Positions 60,078 through 64,000 of a DNA stretch of 64,000 nt are shown piece by piece. Every line of letters starts with the position of its first letter. Within the stretch, counting starts at the first letter, position 1. Both the position numbers and the translations under genes were made by a program. Under the pieces are notes generated by a model. That model had not been told where the DNA came from and ran no database searches. It saw only the letters and a list, made by a program, of their open reading frames with translations. The DNA is from an uncultured Acetobacteraceae bacterium (lineage in GTDB: Bacteria > Pseudomonadota > Alphaproteobacteria > Acetobacterales > Acetobacteraceae): the NCBI GenBank assembly GCA_903924985.1, contig CAIYDT010000276.1, forward strand, positions 5,582 to 69,581, in the 5' to 3' direction.

Positions 60078-60815
60078 ATGCTGACCATCTCTGGCGTCGG
60101 ACGCTGCTTTCCGTCGGGAACCGAGGCCCTGCGCGACGCCTCCCTCCGCCTCCAATCCGGGGATTTCGTCGCCCTGCTCGGCCCCTCCGGCTGCGGCAAA
60201 TCGACGCTGTTGCGTCTGATCGCGGGGCTGGACCGGCCGGACTCCGGGTCGCTGACCTGGGACGCCGGGCATCCGCCGGAACCGGGGGAGATCGGGTATG
60301 TTTTCCAGGACGCCACCCTCCTGCCCTGGGCAACGGCGGAGGAGAACGTGTTCCTCCCCCTCCGCCTGCGGGGCATGTCGCGCTCGCAGGCGCAGCCGGA
60401 TATCGCCGCCGTCCTGGCGCGGGTCGGGTTGACCGGGTTCGAGACCGCCCGCCCTCGGCAGCTCTCCGGCGGCATGCGGATGCGTGTGTCCATCGCGCGG
60501 GCGCTGGTGACGCGACCAAAACTGCTACTGATGGACGAACCCTTCGCCGCCCTGGACGAGTTCACCCGCCACCGGCTGCAAGCAGACCTGCTGGCGTTGT
60601 GGCGGGACCTCGGCTGCACCGTCGTATTCGTGACGCACTCCATCTATGAGGCCGCCTTCCTGGCCCGCCGCGTTGTCCTCATGACCCCCCGCCCCGGCCG
60701 CATCGCTCGGGAAATAGAATCCCCGCTCACCCCAGGCGCCGGAACCCGCCTGGAACCAGCTTATGCCAAGCTGGTGGCGGACATATCTAAAGCGATGGAG
60801 GCGGAACTACGATGA
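60078..60815 (+). CDS. ABC transporter ATP-binding protein (TauB/SsuB-like)
   Basis: GPSGCGKST, FQDATLLPW, LSGGM, MDEPF, VTH. Confidence 0.93.
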   Translation: MLTISGVGRCFPSGTEALRDASLRLQSGDFVALLGPSGCGKSTLLRLIAGLDRPDSGSLTWDAGHPPEPGEIGYVFQDATLLPWATAEENVFLPLRLRGMSRSQAQPDIAAVLARVGLTGFETARPRQLSGGMRMRVSIARALVTRPKLLLMDEPFAALDEFTRHRLQADLLALWRDLGCTVVFVTHSIYEAAFLARRVVLMTPRPGRIAREIESPLTPGAGTRLEPAYAKLVADISKAMEAELR

Positions 60816-61567
60816 GCCTCCGTCTGGCACCGTTTCTGTTCGGGCTGCTGGCCTTGGTCACCTGGGACGTGCTCGTGCGCATGTTCGAGGTCCCGGTCTA
60901 TGTCATCCCCGCCCCTACCGCCGTGCTGGGGGCATTCGTCGCCGATCCCGGAGGGTTGCTGATCTCCCTGGCGTCCACGCTGACGGTCACCTTTGTGGCA
61001 TTGCTGGTCGCGGCGATCCTGGGAGCGTCGATGGCGGTGGCCATGGCCGCGAGCCACTGGGCACAGGCGGCGATCCAGCCTTGGGCGGTGGCGTTGCAGG
61101 TCACGCCGCTGCCCGCCATCGCGCCGCTGATCATCATCTGGGTGGGAGATCCGTTCACCTCCCTGGTGGTGTGCGCCACTATCGTCGCGTTCTTCCCGCT
61201 GTTCGCGAACACCGCGACGGGATTGGCCTCGCCGCCGGCCGAGTTGGGGGATCTGTTCCACCTTTACGGCGCCGGCCGGTGGAAGACCTTGGTGCTGCTG
61301 CGGCTGCCGGCTGCCCTGCCGTATTTTCTGTCTGGGCTACGCATCTCCGGCGGGCTGGCGCTGGTGGGCGCGGTGGTGGCGGAGCTGGTGGCGGGCTCCG
61401 GCGGGTTCGCTTCGGGTCTGGCGTACCGCATCCTTGAGGCCAGCTACCGCCTGGAAATGCCCCGGATGTTCGCCGCTTTGGTGCTGCTGGCGCTGGCGGG
61501 GATCGCGATCAACCACGGCCTGGGGGCGTTCGGGCGTTTCGTCATGCGGCGCTGGGGGGACGCATGA
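60812..61567 (+). CDS. ABC transporter permease (TauC/SsuC-like)
   Basis: PAP..V, QVTP..AIAPL.IIW, LPAALPY..SGLR, GAVVAE. Confidence 0.92.
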   Translation: MSLRLAPFLFGLLALVTWDVLVRMFEVPVYVIPAPTAVLGAFVADPGGLLISLASTLTVTFVALLVAAILGASMAVAMAASHWAQAAIQPWAVALQVTPLPAIAPLIIIWVGDPFTSLVVCATIVAFFPLFANTATGLASPPAELGDLFHLYGAGRWKTLVLLRLPAALPYFLSGLRISGGLALVGAVVAELVAGSGGFASGLAYRILEASYRLEMPRMFAALVLLALAGIAINHGLGAFGRFVMRRWGDA

Positions 61568-62403
61568 AGCGGTTGCTTATCCTCGGTTTGGGCTACTGCG
61601 GTACCGCCATCGCGGAGCAGGCGCGGGTGGCCGGGTTCGCCGTTGTTGGAACATCGCGGTCGGGCACGTCGAGCAGCATCCCGTTCGATGCCGCCGGAGC
61701 CGAATTTGCCGCCGCGACACATATTCTGATCACGGCCGCGCCGGAGGAAGCCGGCGATCCCGTGCTGGCCTGCTACGCCGCCGCCATCGCCGCGGCCCCT
61801 GCTCTGAAATGGATCGGCTACCTCTCCAGCACCGTCGTCTTCGGCAACCGCGACGGCGGTTGGGTGGCGGAGGACACGCCGCCTGCCCCCACTCAGGCGC
61901 GTGGCGCCCGCCGGGTTGGGGCGGAGAACGCCTGGGCCGCGTTACCGGTCGCGGTGGATATCTTTCGGCTAGCGGGAATCTACGGTCCCGGCCGATCCGC
62001 CTTCGACGACCTGCGGGCGGGGCGAGCGCGGCGGATAATCAAGCCCGGCCACTGCTTTGGGCGCATCCATCGCGACGACATCGCACAAGCCGTGGTCGCC
62101 GCGATGCTGCAAGATCGCGCCCCCGGCCGACGCAACCTGAACCTGACCGACGACGAACCCAGCGAAAGCGCTGCCGTAGTGACCGAGGCCGCGGCGTTGC
62201 TGGGGGTTGAGCCCCCTCCCCCAATCCTCTTCGCCGACGCGCTGCCGACCATGAGCCCGATGGCACGCAGCTTTTGGGCGGAGAACCGAAAAGTCTCCTG
62301 CCTGAAGACGAAAGCGGCGCTGGGCCTGATCTGGCGCTACACCACCTATCGGGAGGGACTACGCGCCATCATGATCCAGGAGCGCGCCGACCGTCCGGTA
62401 TAG
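61564..62403 (+). CDS. Atypical SDR / NAD-dependent epimerase family protein
   Basis: GLGYCG, YLSST.V.G, RLAGIYGPGR, RIH.DDI, SFW.ENRKV. Confidence 0.88.
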   Translation: MKRLLILGLGYCGTAIAEQARVAGFAVVGTSRSGTSSSIPFDAAGAEFAAATHILITAAPEEAGDPVLACYAAAIAAAPALKWIGYLSSTVVFGNRDGGWVAEDTPPAPTQARGARRVGAENAWAALPVAVDIFRLAGIYGPGRSAFDDLRAGRARRIIKPGHCFGRIHRDDIAQAVVAAMLQDRAPGRRNLNLTDDEPSESAAVVTEAAALLGVEPPPPILFADALPTMSPMARSFWAENRKVSCLKTKAALGLIWRYTTYREGLRAIMIQERADRPV

Positions 62404-63111
62404 CAGCGCCAGATCGCGCGGCCGGGACAGCCGGTGGTCGCCGTCCTTCACCAGTGCGATCTCCACATCGTCAGACGTCACCCGTTCGGCGATGCGCAAC
62501 GCCAACTCCCACGGCACGTCCGGGTCCGCCTGACCGTGCAGCAGGCGCATTTTGCCGGCGAAGGGAATGGGGGCGTTCAGCACCAGATGGTCGCGGCCGT
62601 CCTCGATCAGGCGGCGGGTGATCGGGGTGGGATCGCCATATTGGCTGGGGATGTGCAGCACACCGTCCTGGATCAGCGTCTGCCGCTCCGCCGGGGTCAT
62701 CGAGTCCCACATCAGCCGCTGGGTGAAATCCGGCGCGGCGGCGATACCGACCAGCGCCTTCACCCGGTCGGGCCGAGCGATGGCGGTCAGCAGGGCGATC
62801 CAGCCGCCCATGGAGGAACCGACCACGATCAGGTCACCGGTCGTGAGCCGGTCGATTGCCGCCAGCGCGTCCGCTGCCCAAATGCCGATGGTGCCGTCGA
62901 GAAACGCGCCGCCGCTGGCCCCGTGCCCCGAATAGTCGAACCGCAGCATCGCCTGCCCCCGCTCGGCGGCGAACGCCGCGAGGCCGGCGGCCTTGTCGCC
63001 CGTCATGTCGCTGCGGAACCCCGGCAGGAAGACGATGGTCGGTCCCCGCCCCTCTTGCTTCACCCACGCCAATTCCGTGTCGTCGCCCCGATCCAGTCGT
63101 CCCGCCGTCAT
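62359..63111 (-). CDS. Alpha/beta hydrolase (ABHD10-like)
   Basis: PGFRSDM.G.KA, FDYSGHG.S, GSSMGGW, AAPDFT, D.DVP, GDHRLS. Confidence 0.9.
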   Translation of the reverse strand: MTAGRLDRGDDTELAWVKQEGRGPTIVFLPGFRSDMTGDKAAGLAAFAAERGQAMLRFDYSGHGASGGAFLDGTIGIWAADALAAIDRLTTGDLIVVGSSMGGWIALLTAIARPDRVKALVGIAAAPDFTQRLMWDSMTPAERQTLIQDGVLHIPSQYGDPTPITRRLIEDGRDHLVLNAPIPFAGKMRLLHGQADPDVPWELALRIAERVTSDDVEIALVKDGDHRLSRPRDLALLYRTVGALLDHDGA

Positions 63112-63161
63112 GCCGATTGGTCCCTTTTCACCGCGTTCGGGCCGCATGGTAGCATGGTCGG

Positions 63162-64000
63162 ATGCCAGTGACGCCCGAGTCCCCCGTGATCCTGCAAGTC
63201 CTGCCCTCGCTGGTGACCGGCGGGGTGGAGCGTGGCACGATTGAAATCGCGCAGGCCATCGCCGAGGCCGACGGTGTCGCGCTGGTCGCCAGTGCCGGCG
63301 GGCCGCTGGTTGCCTCGGTCGAGCGCGTCGGCGGGCGGCATTTCACCCTGCCGCTGGACACCAAGAACCCCATCGCCATCTGGCGCAACGCGGCGCGGCT
63401 GGAGGCTCTGATCCGATCCGAAAAAGTCACGCTGGTGCATGCGCGGTCGCGCGCCCCGGCGTGGAGCGCCTGGCTCGCCTGCCAACGCACCGGCACGCAC
63501 TTCGTGACGACCTATCACGGCACCTACGCGGAGAACCTGCCGTTCAAGCGCTTGTACAATTCCGTGATGGCGCGTGGGGAGATCGTCATCGCCGCCAGCC
63601 GCTTCATCGCCGACCTGATTCGGGAACAGCATGGCGTGCCCGAGGAGAGGATCAGGGTTATCCCCCGCGGCGTCGATCCCGCGATCTTCGACCCCGCCGC
63701 CGTGGTGCCCGATCGGCTGGTGCGCTTGGCCCGAGCATGGCGGCTACCGGACGGCGCGCCGACGGTGACGCTGCCGGGGCGGCTCACATCGTGGAAAGGC
63801 CAGTCGGTCCTGCTGGACGCCATCGCGCGGCTTGAACGCAAGGATGTCTGCTGCGTGCTGGTCGGCTCCGATCAGGGGCGCTCGGCCTACAGCGCTCGGC
63901 TGATGAAGGAAGCGACGGCACTGGGCATCGGCGATCGCGTGCGGCTGGTCGGGCACTGCGACGACATGCCGGCGGCGATGATGCTGTCGGACGTGGTGGT
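63162..64000 (+). CDS. Glycosyltransferase family 4, 5' part; runs off the window end
   Basis: Manual translation MPVTPESPVILQVLPSLVTGGVERGT...HARSRAPAWS...TTYHG...YNSVMARG...PRGVD...PGRLTSWKGQ. Confidence 0.92.
   Translation, partial: MPVTPESPVILQVLPSLVTGGVERGTIEIAQAIAEADGVALVASAGGPLVASVERVGGRHFTLPLDTKNPIAIWRNAARLEALIRSEKVTLVHARSRAPAWSAWLACQRTGTHFVTTYHGTYAENLPFKRLYNSVMARGEIVIAASRFIADLIREQHGVPEERIRVIPRGVDPAIFDPAAVVPDRLVRLARAWRLPDGAPTVTLPGRLTSWKGQSVLLDAIARLERKDVCCVLVGSDQGRSAYSARLMKEATALGIGDRVRLVGHCDDMPAAMMLSDVV

Overview
This is a GC-rich alphaproteobacterial chromosomal window. Gene content and protein style suggest Acetobacteraceae (Rhodopila/Acidisphaera-like); that placement is an inference. 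It is mostly core genes: guaA 5' end, a gltX paralogue, pyrE, nadA-nadC, thiD, glmM, folP, ftsH, tilS, the tol-pal cluster, ruvB, prmC and trxB with an LsrB/VtlR-like LysR. These are interleaved with a sugar ABC system, tartrate dehydrogenase, five MFS genes (two tandem pairs), split flagellar genes (motB-motA; fliK-flgD) and two loci of polyprenyl-sugar (GT2/GT-C) glycosylation genes. I saw no rRNA, tRNA, CRISPR array, transposase or prophage. The most notable signals are: (1) a full-length GluRS paralogue with substitutions at nearly every catalytic motif; (2) a multi-hairpin anti-Shine-Dalgarno sRNA candidate behind the LysR gene; (3) a perfect 34-bp-arm palindrome inserted in frame in a GT-C gene whose divergent promoter carries a perfect CtrA box; (4) a perfect hairpin burying the motB ribosome-binding site next to a CtrA-like box; (5) several 'hollowed-out' gene remnants that keep both ends but lack the middle. 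All calls were made by eye from motifs, no searches were run, and many start codons are my best estimates.
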